A stretch of 50,655 nt of DNA from Armatimonadota bacterium (GTDB lineage Bacteria > Armatimonadota > UBA10988). This document shows, piece after piece, positions 17,361 to 26,545 of the stretch. The stretch covers positions 1 to 50,655 of the forward strand of contig JACRKZ010000060.1 in NCBI GenBank assembly GCA_016235455.1, given 5' to 3'. The position numbers and the translations under genes are program-made. The stretch's first letter is position 1. Each line of letters begins with the position of its first letter. Under the pieces are notes generated by a model, which had not been told where the DNA came from, searched no databases, and was given only the letters and a program-made list of their open reading frames with translations.

Positions 17361-19583
17361 ATGAGCAAGGCCGTTGTGGCGACGATGATGGGACTGGCCC
17401 TGAGCGCCGCCTTGGGCCAGGGGACCGCCATGAACAGCAGCGCCAGCCGCGTTGACTTCTCCTATGCCTTCGGCCTGCCGCACCGCATGACCGTGGCGCT
17501 GCCCGATTCGAGCGACAAGACGCTCATCGACACCTTCACCGAGCACCTGCAACTGCGCTGGACCTATGGCAATTTGCGGACCATCCCCGTGGGCGCGTTC
17601 ATGCCGCTGGGTTCGAGCTGGTCGGGCGACCTGTGGGTCGAGAGCGATGGACGGCGCCTGAGCCTGACCTCGCACCGGCGAGCCGCAGGCATCCTGCCGG
17701 CGCTCGCCGTCGTCGCCGAAGACGCCGAAGACGCCGACGGCAGAGTGGCCCTCGACGCGGTCGGCGGCAAGACCGCCGGCCTGCTGCGCCTCACGGTCAC
17801 CAACAGCTCCGACAAGCCGCATCGCTACCAACTCGTCTTCTCGGTCAACGGCGGGTTTGGCGAGGTGCCGGGCTACATCAACGCCGGCGACCCGCTGGAC
17901 TACGTGCTGGCCGGCTGGAACGACCGGGCCGACCGCGTGCTGGCGCTGCTGGTCGGCGGGCAGGCGGTGGCCCGACGCGAGACACCGGCCCGCACCATGG
18001 CGCTGGCGCTCGACCTCAAGCCCGGCGAGACCGGTCACGGTTGGCTGGTGCGGCCGTACAAGGCGTATGAGGCCGATGTCGCCAAGCTGCGCGGGCGTGA
18101 CTGGGCCGCCGAGTTCGCCGCCGGCGAGCAGGCCTGGCGCGACCTGCTGGGCCGGGCCACACGGTTTGTCATCCCCGACACCGGCGTGCGCGACGCCTAC
18201 TACGCCTGTCTGGGCGACCTGTTCATCATGCGCGAACCCGTCGGCGCCAAGTATGTGGCCATCAGCCCCGGCACCGAGGCCTATCGCTGCCCCAACTCGG
18301 GCGAGGCCAGCATGGCCTCGGTCGGCCTGGACCAGGCCGGCCTGCCGCGCGAGGCCGAGGAGGGCTATCGCTGGTCCATCGACTCGCAGGGCGCCAACGG
18401 CGACTGGAACGATCCCGCGGGCTGGTCGCACCGCTGCTGGGGCATGGCCGGGTTCAAGGCCTGGACCGTGCTGGAGCACTACCTGATCACCCGCGACCGG
18501 GCTTATCTGGAGCACGTCTGGCCGCATCTGCTGGCCAACTCGCGCTGGCAGGAGACCCAGCGTCAGAAGACCCGGCAACTGGTCGACGGCCAGAAGCCGC
18601 TGCACTACGGGCTCATGCCGCGCGGCCAGGGCGACTGCGGGCTGGACGCCGGCGACGGCTGGTATGGCTACTTCATCCCGCACAACGCCTGGGCGGTCAA
18701 CGCCGACCGCGTGGCCATGCTGGCCGCGGGCTACCTGGGCCACACCGCCGAGCAGGCCGAGTTGCGCGGCAACTTCGAGCGCGCCAAGGCAGACCTGATC
18801 AGCTCCATGGACCGCGGCGCCATCGCCGAGGACGGCTACCGCTGGATCCCCGGCTCGCCGGGCAACCGCGCCGGCAGCCGCTGGGGCGTGCTCAACGCGG
18901 CTTTCCCCTGTGAAGTGCTGCCGCCGGACCACGAACTGATCAGCGGCACGCTGCGCTACATGGCCAGGCAGATGAGCCCTGGCGGCCTGCACGTCCACAC
19001 CGGCTGGATGGCCGATGGCATGTGGGTGGCCATCTCGCTGGACAACGTGGCCGAGGTCGAACTGCGCCGCGGTAACGGCGACGAGGCGGCGCGGCTGCTC
19101 TATGCCTGCCTCAACCATGGCACGCCGCTGCTCACCTGGTGCGAGGAACGCGGCCAGAAGCCCGGCACCGACCAGGTCTCGGGCGACCGCCAGCACCTCT
19201 GGACACCCGCGGCGGTGGTCCGCGCGGTACGCGATGTCATGGTCATGGAGGATGGCGACGGTCTGCGCCTGGCGCCCGGCACCGACCGCGGCTGGCTCGG
19301 CTCGGGTCAGCCGGTCGGCGTCGAACAGGCGCCGACGCACTTTGGCCCGGTGTCGTATGCCATGGCCTACGATGCGGCCAGGCACCAGGTGGCCATCGAC
19401 GTGACCTTCCCGCGACGCAATCCGCCGGCCTGGGTGGAGTTGGCGGTGCGGCTGCCCGAGGGGCTCAAGATCAAGAGTTTTGACGCGGCGTCGGGCGCGA
19501 GCCTCGCCGCCGGTGGCGAGGCGCTGCGCTGGACCAGGCCGAAGGGCGCGGTGAAGGTGGTGGCGACGGTGGGCACGCGATGA
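17361..19583 (+). CDS. Secreted (alpha/alpha)6 six-hairpin glycosidase-like protein
   Basis: Signal peptide. YLITRDRAYLEHVWP.L, GLMP, TWCEER...GDRQHLW, LRLAPG...W......V..APTHFG.VS, typical of six-hairpin glycosidases. Family not assignable by eye. Confidence 0.65.
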   Translation: MSKAVVATMMGLALSAALGQGTAMNSSASRVDFSYAFGLPHRMTVALPDSSDKTLIDTFTEHLQLRWTYGNLRTIPVGAFMPLGSSWSGDLWVESDGRRLSLTSHRRAAGILPALAVVAEDAEDADGRVALDAVGGKTAGLLRLTVTNSSDKPHRYQLVFSVNGGFGEVPGYINAGDPLDYVLAGWNDRADRVLALLVGGQAVARRETPARTMALALDLKPGETGHGWLVRPYKAYEADVAKLRGRDWAAEFAAGEQAWRDLLGRATRFVIPDTGVRDAYYACLGDLFIMREPVGAKYVAISPGTEAYRCPNSGEASMASVGLDQAGLPREAEEGYRWSIDSQGANGDWNDPAGWSHRCWGMAGFKAWTVLEHYLITRDRAYLEHVWPHLLANSRWQETQRQKTRQLVDGQKPLHYGLMPRGQGDCGLDAGDGWYGYFIPHNAWAVNADRVAMLAAGYLGHTAEQAELRGNFERAKADLISSMDRGAIAEDGYRWIPGSPGNRAGSRWGVLNAAFPCEVLPPDHELISGTLRYMARQMSPGGLHVHTGWMADGMWVAISLDNVAEVELRRGNGDEAARLLYACLNHGTPLLTWCEERGQKPGTDQVSGDRQHLWTPAAVVRAVRDVMVMEDGDGLRLAPGTDRGWLGSGQPVGVEQAPTHFGPVSYAMAYDAARHQVAIDVTFPRRNPPAWVELAVRLPEGLKIKSFDAASGASLAAGGEALRWTRPKGAVKVVATVGTR

Positions 19584-19589
19584 CAGTCG

Positions 19590-19730
19590 CGTACCAGCGC
19601 CGGATCGCCGCAGTCCTGCGTGGCATCGGCCAGAGGCGAATCCGGCGGCCGCCCGGGTAGCGTCGCCGTTGGGGATGTCGGGTCTTCGACCCGATGCCAC
19701 GCGGGAGCGTGGCGCTCCGGCACTGGTGCG
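19590..19730. repeat. Long imperfect inverted repeat / structured intergenic element
   Basis: 19590-19604 pairs with 19716-19730, and 19614-19629 (TCCTGCGTGGCATCGG) pairs with 19691-19706 (CCGATGCCACGCGGGA). An internal hairpin TCGGGTC-TTC-GACCCGA is also present. Confidence 0.6.
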
Positions 19731-19787
19731 GCCAGATCGCGTGTCGGCGACGCGTGTCAACGCTCTGCCACGGTGGCCTGGCCGGCC

Positions 19788-19815
19788 TTGACACCCGCCT
19801 CCCGCCAGTTAGACT
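19788..19815 (+). promoter_or_regulatory. Sigma70-type promoter for dinG
   Basis: TTGACA-N16-TAGACT, then GGGAG RBS and ATG 19840. Confidence 0.7.
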
Positions 19816-19839
19816 CAACCCACTGCCCAGGGAGCCTTC

Positions 19840-22728
19840 ATGGCGGCTCGGTTCGTCGCGCTGGACATCGCCCTACCGTCGCCCGGCCGCTGCGAGATCG
19901 CCGCGGTGGTGGATGCGCCTGAGCAGGTGCGCCGCTTGCTCTATCTGGTCGGCGCCGACCCGCTCGCCGCCCGCGCGCGCACCCATGCCGAACCCGATGT
20001 CGAGGTCGTCCTGGTAGACGATCTGTCCGATATCTCGCGCGCCATCATCGACCTGGCCGACGAGGCGCCGTGGGTCACGTTCGACCAGGCTTCGCGCCTG
20101 GCCGTGTGGCGCGAACAGGACACGACCGGCGCGTTCGACGCCATCCCCATGCCCGATGCGGGCGACCTGGCGGCGCTGGCCATGCCCTGGATCAGCTCAC
20201 GCTCGCTCGAAGGCTTCCTGGCCGAGGCATTGGCCTTCTGCGATCAGGCCGGAGAGCAGCCCGAGCCGACGCACGGCCTGGCCTTCGCCGAGGCCGTGGC
20301 CGCGTTGTGGCGGCTGCTCCCGGTAGCCATCGGGCAGCGACCCTATGCCGTGCGCCATGGGCTGGCCGACCTGCTGGACCGCAGCGGCACGCCGTTGGGC
20401 GAGGCCTGGCGCCTGGGCGTAGGCTCGGCGCCGCCCGGCGAGCACGAGCCCACGCTGCTCGACAGCTTCCTGCGCGCCCGGCTGCGTGAGCTGACGCCCG
20501 AGCAAACGCGGCCCGAGGAACTGCCCGAGCCTCGGCCGATCAGCGCCGACGCCGTGGAGCGCGTCTTCGCGCCGGACGGGCTGCTGGCCGCCGCGTTCGA
20601 CCAGTGGGAGCCGCGGCCGGGGCAGATCCAGATGGCGCGCGCGGTCGCCGAGGCGCTCAGCGGCGGCGAACTGCTGCTGGCCGAGGCCGGCACGGGCACC
20701 GGCAAGTCGCTGGCCTATCTGGCGCCGGCGGTGATGTTCGCCGTGGAGAACAAGACGCCGGTGGTCATCTCGACGGCCACGCGCAACCTGCAGGACCAGC
20801 TTTTTGGCAAGGACCTGCCGCTGCTGCGAAGCGCACTGGACTTCGAGTTCGTGGCCGAACTGATCAAGGGTCGCGGCAACTACCTGTGCGTCGAGAAGCT
20901 GCTGCGCGAACTGCTCGAATCGGGCCTGCTGCCGCTGGACGACCAGGTGCTGGCCATGGCCTACCTGCTGTCCTGGGCCGCCGCCTCGCGCACGGGCGAC
21001 CTGGACGAGCTGAGCAGCTACCTGCTGACGCGCTACCCCAAGCTCAGCGCCCTGGCCTATCGGCTGGCCAGCGATGGCGAGAGCTGCACCGCCGTCAGCG
21101 CGCGCAACCACCCCTGCTTCGCCACCGTGGCGCGGCGCCGCGCCTTCGCCGCCGACGTGCTCGTGGTCAACCACGCGCTGGCGCTGGCCAACACCGCCGT
21201 GGAGATCCTGCCGCGCTTCGCTCACATCATCTTCGACGAGGCGCACAACCTGGAGGACATCGCCACCGAGGCGTTCGGGCTGGAGCTCGAGCGGCGCGGG
21301 CTGCTGCAGTCGGCGCGCGAGTGCGGCGCCTCGCGCGACCAGCGGGCGCTGCACAACCGGGTACGCCGCGCCTTGGGCACGGCCACTGGTGAGCTGGTGG
21401 ACAACGTCCTGGCCCATGTGACCGCCGTGGAACAGGCGGCGGCGCAGGTCATTGCCGGTGCCGACGAGTTGGGCGAGCGCCTGGCCGGCGTGGTCATGCA
21501 CAAGCTGCGCCGCACCATGGAGGAGCTGACCCAGATCGAGCGACTGCGGCTCGACCCCACCTTCTGGCATGGCGTGCTGGGCGAAGGGGCCTACACCGCT
21601 GGCGAGAACCTGCTCGCCCGCGCCCAGGACCTGCAGAAGACGGTCGCGACGTTGGGCGTGTCGGTGCAGGTGCTGCGCGGCGCGGCAGGCTTCATGGAGT
21701 TGCCGGCCGAGGAGATGGAGCGGCTCGACGTCGCCTGCCAGACGGCGCAGTCGCAGTGGGCCGAGCAGAGCCGCATCATCGCCGCCCTGCTGGCGCTGGA
21801 CGATGAGAAGTACGTCTACTGGCTGGAGTTCGTGCTGCGGCGCGAGGCCTGGGAATGGCGGCTGCGCGCCGCGCCCATCGAGCCGGGCGAGGACCTGGCG
21901 GGCAAGGTCTACGAGCCGATGACCGCGGTGGTGCTGACCTCGGCCACGCTCAGCGTCGACCGCTCGTTCGACTTCTTCGCCAGCCGGCTGGGCCTGCTGC
22001 TGCCCAGCGTCAAAGACCGCTACCGGGCGCTGAGCCTGCCCTCGCCGTTCGACTATGCCAAGTCGGTGCTGCTGGGCCTGCCCACGAACATCTGCCAGCC
22101 GAACGACAAGGAGTATGAGCAGCATGTGGCCAAGGCCATCCGGGACCTGACCGAGTTGCTCCAAGGCCGTACACTAGCGTTGTTCACCTCCAATCGCGCC
22201 ATGCGCGGCGTCTACGAACGCGTCGCCTCGCGGCTGGAGGAACAAGGCATCGAAGTATTATGTCAAGGTGTGAGCGGCAGCCGCCATGTGCTGGCGGAAC
22301 GCTTCCGCACCCATGAGCGGGCGCTGCTGCTGGGGACGCGTAGCTTCTGGGAAGGCATCGATGTGCCGGGCGACGCGCTGTCCTGCGTGGTCATCGCGCG
22401 GCTGCCGTTCTCGGTGCCCAAGGATCCCGTCTTCGAGGCGCGCTGCGAGCACCTGGAGGCACGTGGCATCAATGCCTGGAGCCAGTACGCGGTGCCCCAG
22501 GCCGTCATTCTGTTCAAGCAGGGCTTCGGCCGGCTGATCCGCCGGGTCAGCGATCGGGGCGTGGTGGTCTGTCTCGACCGTCGGCTGCTCGAAATGGGCT
22601 ATGGCCGGGCCTTCCTGCGCAGCGTGCCGGGCTACACCTCGGTCTTCGACCGCTGGAGCGAGGTGCGCGAGCGCGTGCGCGAGTGGCTCGAACGCCGGCC
22701 TGCCGGCGCATCGCGCGACAAGACCTAG
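19840..22728 (+). CDS. dinG: DinG-family ATP-dependent helicase with degenerate N-terminal DEDDh exonuclease-like domain
   Basis: Q-motif RPGQIQM, EAGTGTGKS, KGRGNYLC, VVNHAL, DEAH, TSATL, SPFDY, FWEGIDVPG, RLPF..P, QGFGRLIR. Confidence 0.9.
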   Translation: MAARFVALDIALPSPGRCEIAAVVDAPEQVRRLLYLVGADPLAARARTHAEPDVEVVLVDDLSDISRAIIDLADEAPWVTFDQASRLAVWREQDTTGAFDAIPMPDAGDLAALAMPWISSRSLEGFLAEALAFCDQAGEQPEPTHGLAFAEAVAALWRLLPVAIGQRPYAVRHGLADLLDRSGTPLGEAWRLGVGSAPPGEHEPTLLDSFLRARLRELTPEQTRPEELPEPRPISADAVERVFAPDGLLAAAFDQWEPRPGQIQMARAVAEALSGGELLLAEAGTGTGKSLAYLAPAVMFAVENKTPVVISTATRNLQDQLFGKDLPLLRSALDFEFVAELIKGRGNYLCVEKLLRELLESGLLPLDDQVLAMAYLLSWAAASRTGDLDELSSYLLTRYPKLSALAYRLASDGESCTAVSARNHPCFATVARRRAFAADVLVVNHALALANTAVEILPRFAHIIFDEAHNLEDIATEAFGLELERRGLLQSARECGASRDQRALHNRVRRALGTATGELVDNVLAHVTAVEQAAAQVIAGADELGERLAGVVMHKLRRTMEELTQIERLRLDPTFWHGVLGEGAYTAGENLLARAQDLQKTVATLGVSVQVLRGAAGFMELPAEEMERLDVACQTAQSQWAEQSRIIAALLALDDEKYVYWLEFVLRREAWEWRLRAAPIEPGEDLAGKVYEPMTAVVLTSATLSVDRSFDFFASRLGLLLPSVKDRYRALSLPSPFDYAKSVLLGLPTNICQPNDKEYEQHVAKAIRDLTELLQGRTLALFTSNRAMRGVYERVASRLEEQGIEVLCQGVSGSRHVLAERFRTHERALLLGTRSFWEGIDVPGDALSCVVIARLPFSVPKDPVFEARCEHLEARGINAWSQYAVPQAVILFKQGFGRLIRRVSDRGVVVCLDRRLLEMGYGRAFLRSVPGYTSVFDRWSEVRERVREWLERRPAGASRDKT

Positions 22729-22738
22729 GAGAGCTGCG

Positions 22739-25700
22739 TTGAAGGCAAGAGGCTGGTGGTGGTTGGTGGCCGTGGCGCTGGCCGCGCCGGGCGGCGCGGC
22801 TTGGGCCGATGCGACCCAGCTCGATCGACTGTCCTTCTCGGCGTCGTTCGACGACCTCTTCCTCTACGTGGCCTTCACCTGTCAGGACGTGAACCTGTGC
22901 GGCCGCGAGGAGCGCTACGGCTACCCGGTGAGCGGTGACGACGCCGTGGAGCTGTTGTTCGACATCACGCCCGGCGCGCGCAGCGGCGCCGACCGCCAGA
23001 CGCTCTACCGCGGCTGCTTCAAGCTCGGCCTGTCGGCCGCGGGTGGCATCTTCCTGGGCGTTGGCGGGGGCGATGCCCGCCGGCCCGAATGGTTGCCGCT
23101 CCGACCCGCCGGCCGCACCGGCCCCGCGCTGCGCACCGACCTCAAGCTCGATGGCACGCTCAACGACCCGACCGACGTCGACGGCGGCTGGTCGGTGGAA
23201 GCCGCCATCCCGTGGCAGCGCCTCGGGCTCGAGGGTCCGCAGCTTGGTGAAGTCTGGGCGTACAACGTGGTGCGCACGCTGCGCGGCGATGCCGAAGCGC
23301 GGTTCAGCCTGGCCGAGGGCGGCGACGACCTCGATCCCAGCCGCTGGCTGCCCATGAGCTTCCGCCAAGGGCCGGCCGGCCTGGAAGCCGGGCGCGCGTT
23401 CCTGGTGTTCAGCCAGGCCGACGGCCAGAACCCGACCATCGATGGCAACGTCACCGAGGCCGAGTGGCCGGTGCTCCAGCGCGTCGAGCTGACGCCCAGC
23501 GCCGACCGCCTCACGCCACTGCCGCGCATTGCCTGGCCGGTACCCGCGGTGACCCAGGCGCCGCTGCCGGCCGGCAGCACGTTCATCCCGCGCGAGCTGG
23601 CGCCGCCGCCGGTGCGTGGCGCATGGCAGGGCGACGGCCTGGTCCTGGCCACCTACCAGCTCGACCTCGGCCTCGACCGCCGCGCCGCGCTCGACGCCAA
23701 CGGCGCCAGTCTGCTGGCCGCGCACCCGCTCGGTGGACTCGGTCCGCAGAACAGCGCGCAGCGCATCGGCGCGCACCTGCCGCAGGTCCAGCGGGCCGGT
23801 GCCGCCGGGATCGATGCGCTGCTGGTCTCCTGGCCCTGTGCGACCGCCGCGCGCGACGCCTGGGCGCTCGACGCGCTGCGCTCGCTGGCCCTGGCCGCCG
23901 CCGAGGTGGGTCAAGGCAGCCAGAGCGTGCCGCTGCTGGCGCCGCGGGTCAATGTGGCCGAACTGGGCGCCGCGGTCGACCTGACCCAGCAGGCCCAGGC
24001 CGAACAGCTCTACCAGGCGCTGGCTGAGTTCTACCAGCAGGTGCCGCCGCAGCTCCGCGCGCGGCTGGCCGACGGCCCGCGCCGCGAGCTGCTGGTCGAC
24101 CTGGGCGCCGCGCCGGCCAACGTGCGCTTCGGCGAGAGTTTCCAGACGTACATCGAGCAACGCTTCCGCGAGGGCTTCGGCGTCGACGTGGCCTGGCTGG
24201 GCGACGCGCTGTGGGCACGCCGCGGGGCGCGACTCGACGCGGCACGGACCGTGGACGGTGGCACGGCGGTCTTCGCCGGTGGCGCCGAGCGCGTGCGGCT
24301 GGGCGTCGTGCGGCCGGGCCGCGACGAGACCCGCGTCGGTGGCGCGTTGGTGCCCCGCCATGGCTTCGAGGCCTTCCGCGCGTCGTTCGAGGCCGCCGCC
24401 GCCGGCCACGCCGAGTGGCTGCTGTTCGACAGCTGGAACGACCTGCGCGCCGGCACCCAAGTGATCCGCACGCGGGAATGGGGCACCGGCTACGAGCGCC
24501 GCGCCGGCGGCCTGGCCGCGCAGTTCGCCAATCCCAGCGAGCAGCAGGTGTCCGCGCGTGTCCGGCAGCTCGACGCACCGACGCGCGTGGCCGCGGGCGG
24601 CCGGCTGCTGGTCAGCGCACGGCTGGTCAATGCCGGGCTGGCCGCCTGGGGCGCTTCGAGCAACCTGCGCCTGGCCGCCCTGTGGCATGCGGCCGAGCCC
24701 AAGCCGCTGATTGGCGACGACGGCAAGCCGCTGGTCGACCGTGCCACCGGCCGGCCGGTGATGACCGATGTGCCCATCAGCGACAGGCGCGCGGCCAGCG
24801 GCACGCTGACCGCCGAGCCGGGCGGATCGACCGAGGCCGAGCTGCCGGTGGAGGCGCTCGACGCCCTGGGTAAGCCGTTGGCGCCGGGCCGCTATCGCCT
24901 GCGCTTTGCGCTGCTCAACGGCACCCGGGTCGAATACCAGCCGGTGCTCGACGACAAGGGGCAGCCGGTCAAGGACGAGAAGGGCCGTCCGAAGACCACT
25001 CGCGTGGAACTCCCCAACGTGCTGGGCACGCAGGGCGACCGCGGCTGCGACCTGCCGATCGACGTCGTCGCGCCCGAGCAGGTGCCCGACCAGGCCGCCA
25101 CCGTGCTGTCGGCCGATCTCCCGGCACGCGTGGAGACGGGCCGGCTCTATCCGTTGACCGTCACGCTACGCAACGACGGCCGGCTGCCCTGGCCCGAGGG
25201 TTGCCGCATCGGCGTGCGCTACGAAGCCATCGACCGTGCCGCGCCCAACGCCGCGCCCACCGAGCCGCAGCCGCTCACCGGCTGGGTGCCGTGCGGACCC
25301 ATCACCACCACCGTCAGCCCCCAGGGCCGCCGCGGCGCCGAGCCGGGCCAGACCAGCACGGCCCGCATCAAGCTGCCCACGGCCGACGCCAACGGCAAGC
25401 CGCTGCCCGCGGACAGCATGCCGGGCCGGGTCTGTCGCGCGCGGTTGGCGCTGCTTGACCGCGCGGGCCAGGCGCTGCCGTCGTCGGCGCCGTGGTTCCA
25501 GGCGGTGCAGGTGCTGGCCCGCGACTGGGGCGCGGGCATCGGCACCGTCGACGTACCGCGCCTGCTGCAAGCCGGCAGCAGTGTCAGCGGCGCCGTCACG
25601 GTGCAGAACACCGCCTTCCGCACCTGGGCCCTGGGCCATTGCGAACTGTCCTGGAGCTGGTACCGCTTCGACGGCGCCGAGCTCAAGCTCGATGCCGGCC

Positions 25701-26545
25701 GCGCGCCGGTGCCGGTCGAGGTGCGCAGCGGCCAGTCGGCCAAGGTGCCGGTGACCATCGTCGCGCCGGCCTACACCGGCCCGCTGCTGCTGGCCTTCGA
25801 CCTGGTCTTCGACGGCACCGTCTTCGGCAGTCGCCAGCCCAGCACCTACGACAACGACGTGGCCGTGGAGCCCGTGGTCGTGGTCGGCGGGCCGTACCGG
25901 CCGTTGTCGCTCGCCGCGCAGCTCAATGTGGTCGGCACCAGCCTGGAGACCGGCGACATGAACGGCCCCGGGTTCGATGGCCAGGGCCGCTACCTGCCGG
26001 CCGAGCTCGTGCCGCCCACCGCCGACGACCTGTCAGACGGGCTCTATCCCACCGGCTGGCTGAGCCTGTTCGACGGCACCGCGCGCTATGGCACGGCGAC
26101 CTTCCGCTACCCCGCGCCCGTCGGCGCGGACAACAAGCAGGCGCCCTCGGTGCTGCGGCCCGATGGCCAGGTGGTCACGGTGGTGCCGGGCAGCTATCTG
26201 CGCCTGCACGTGCTGGGCGCCTCGGTGCGCGGCGAGGTCACGACCCGCTTCGGCACCGTCGACGCCAAGGGCGCCGTCAGTCAGACCGCGCCGGTGACGG
26301 TCACCAACTGGGACCAGTCGCCGCGCCATGGCGAGGCCATCGGGCTGCGCCTGCCCTATCGCGACACCCGCCTGGGCGCCGACCGACGGCCGGCCTGGCT
26401 GCACCACATCGTCGTGCCGCTCGAGCCCGGCCTCACGCTGGCGCGCCTGGTCCTGCCGCGCACGCCCGACCTGCGCATCATGGCGCTGACCCTGGAGGCC
26501 GCACCGACCGCCGCCGGGCCGCCGGCGCCCACCGTCCAGCCGTGA
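22739..26545 (+). CDS. Large secreted multidomain glycan-interacting protein: CBM9/DOMON-like + GH99/DUF5010-like barrel (degenerate) + Ig-like repeats + C-terminal beta-sandwich
   Basis: TTG start after an AGGAGA RBS; signal peptide. DGTLNDPTDVDGGWSVEAAIPW (CBM9-like). AGIDALLVSW and SWNDLRAGTQ (GH99-like). Repeated V.L.N.G...W Ig/NBR1-like modules. Confidence 0.6.
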   Translation: MKARGWWWLVAVALAAPGGAAWADATQLDRLSFSASFDDLFLYVAFTCQDVNLCGREERYGYPVSGDDAVELLFDITPGARSGADRQTLYRGCFKLGLSAAGGIFLGVGGGDARRPEWLPLRPAGRTGPALRTDLKLDGTLNDPTDVDGGWSVEAAIPWQRLGLEGPQLGEVWAYNVVRTLRGDAEARFSLAEGGDDLDPSRWLPMSFRQGPAGLEAGRAFLVFSQADGQNPTIDGNVTEAEWPVLQRVELTPSADRLTPLPRIAWPVPAVTQAPLPAGSTFIPRELAPPPVRGAWQGDGLVLATYQLDLGLDRRAALDANGASLLAAHPLGGLGPQNSAQRIGAHLPQVQRAGAAGIDALLVSWPCATAARDAWALDALRSLALAAAEVGQGSQSVPLLAPRVNVAELGAAVDLTQQAQAEQLYQALAEFYQQVPPQLRARLADGPRRELLVDLGAAPANVRFGESFQTYIEQRFREGFGVDVAWLGDALWARRGARLDAARTVDGGTAVFAGGAERVRLGVVRPGRDETRVGGALVPRHGFEAFRASFEAAAAGHAEWLLFDSWNDLRAGTQVIRTREWGTGYERRAGGLAAQFANPSEQQVSARVRQLDAPTRVAAGGRLLVSARLVNAGLAAWGASSNLRLAALWHAAEPKPLIGDDGKPLVDRATGRPVMTDVPISDRRAASGTLTAEPGGSTEAELPVEALDALGKPLAPGRYRLRFALLNGTRVEYQPVLDDKGQPVKDEKGRPKTTRVELPNVLGTQGDRGCDLPIDVVAPEQVPDQAATVLSADLPARVETGRLYPLTVTLRNDGRLPWPEGCRIGVRYEAIDRAAPNAAPTEPQPLTGWVPCGPITTTVSPQGRRGAEPGQTSTARIKLPTADANGKPLPADSMPGRVCRARLALLDRAGQALPSSAPWFQAVQVLARDWGAGIGTVDVPRLLQAGSSVSGAVTVQNTAFRTWALGHCELSWSWYRFDGAELKLDAGRAPVPVEVRSGQSAKVPVTIVAPAYTGPLLLAFDLVFDGTVFGSRQPSTYDNDVAVEPVVVVGGPYRPLSLAAQLNVVGTSLETGDMNGPGFDGQGRYLPAELVPPTADDLSDGLYPTGWLSLFDGTARYGTATFRYPAPVGADNKQAPSVLRPDGQVVTVVPGSYLRLHVLGASVRGEVTTRFGTVDAKGAVSQTAPVTVTNWDQSPRHGEAIGLRLPYRDTRLGADRRPAWLHHIVVPLEPGLTLARLVLPRTPDLRIMALTLEAAPTAAGPPAPTVQP

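Noticed and set aside
19840-22728. dinG considered as a type IV CRISPR (CasDinG) or defence helicase
   Set aside because: No csf/cas genes or array. Length and the exonuclease-like N-terminus match chromosomal DinG.
25492-26541. Apparent 350-aa N-terminal extension of the methyltransferase ORF (957 aa in the track)
   Set aside because: It overlaps the upstream gene in another frame and is Arg/Pro/Gly-rich noise with no PD-(D/E)XK motif. The GTG at 26542 overlapping the upstream stop is the more plausible start.
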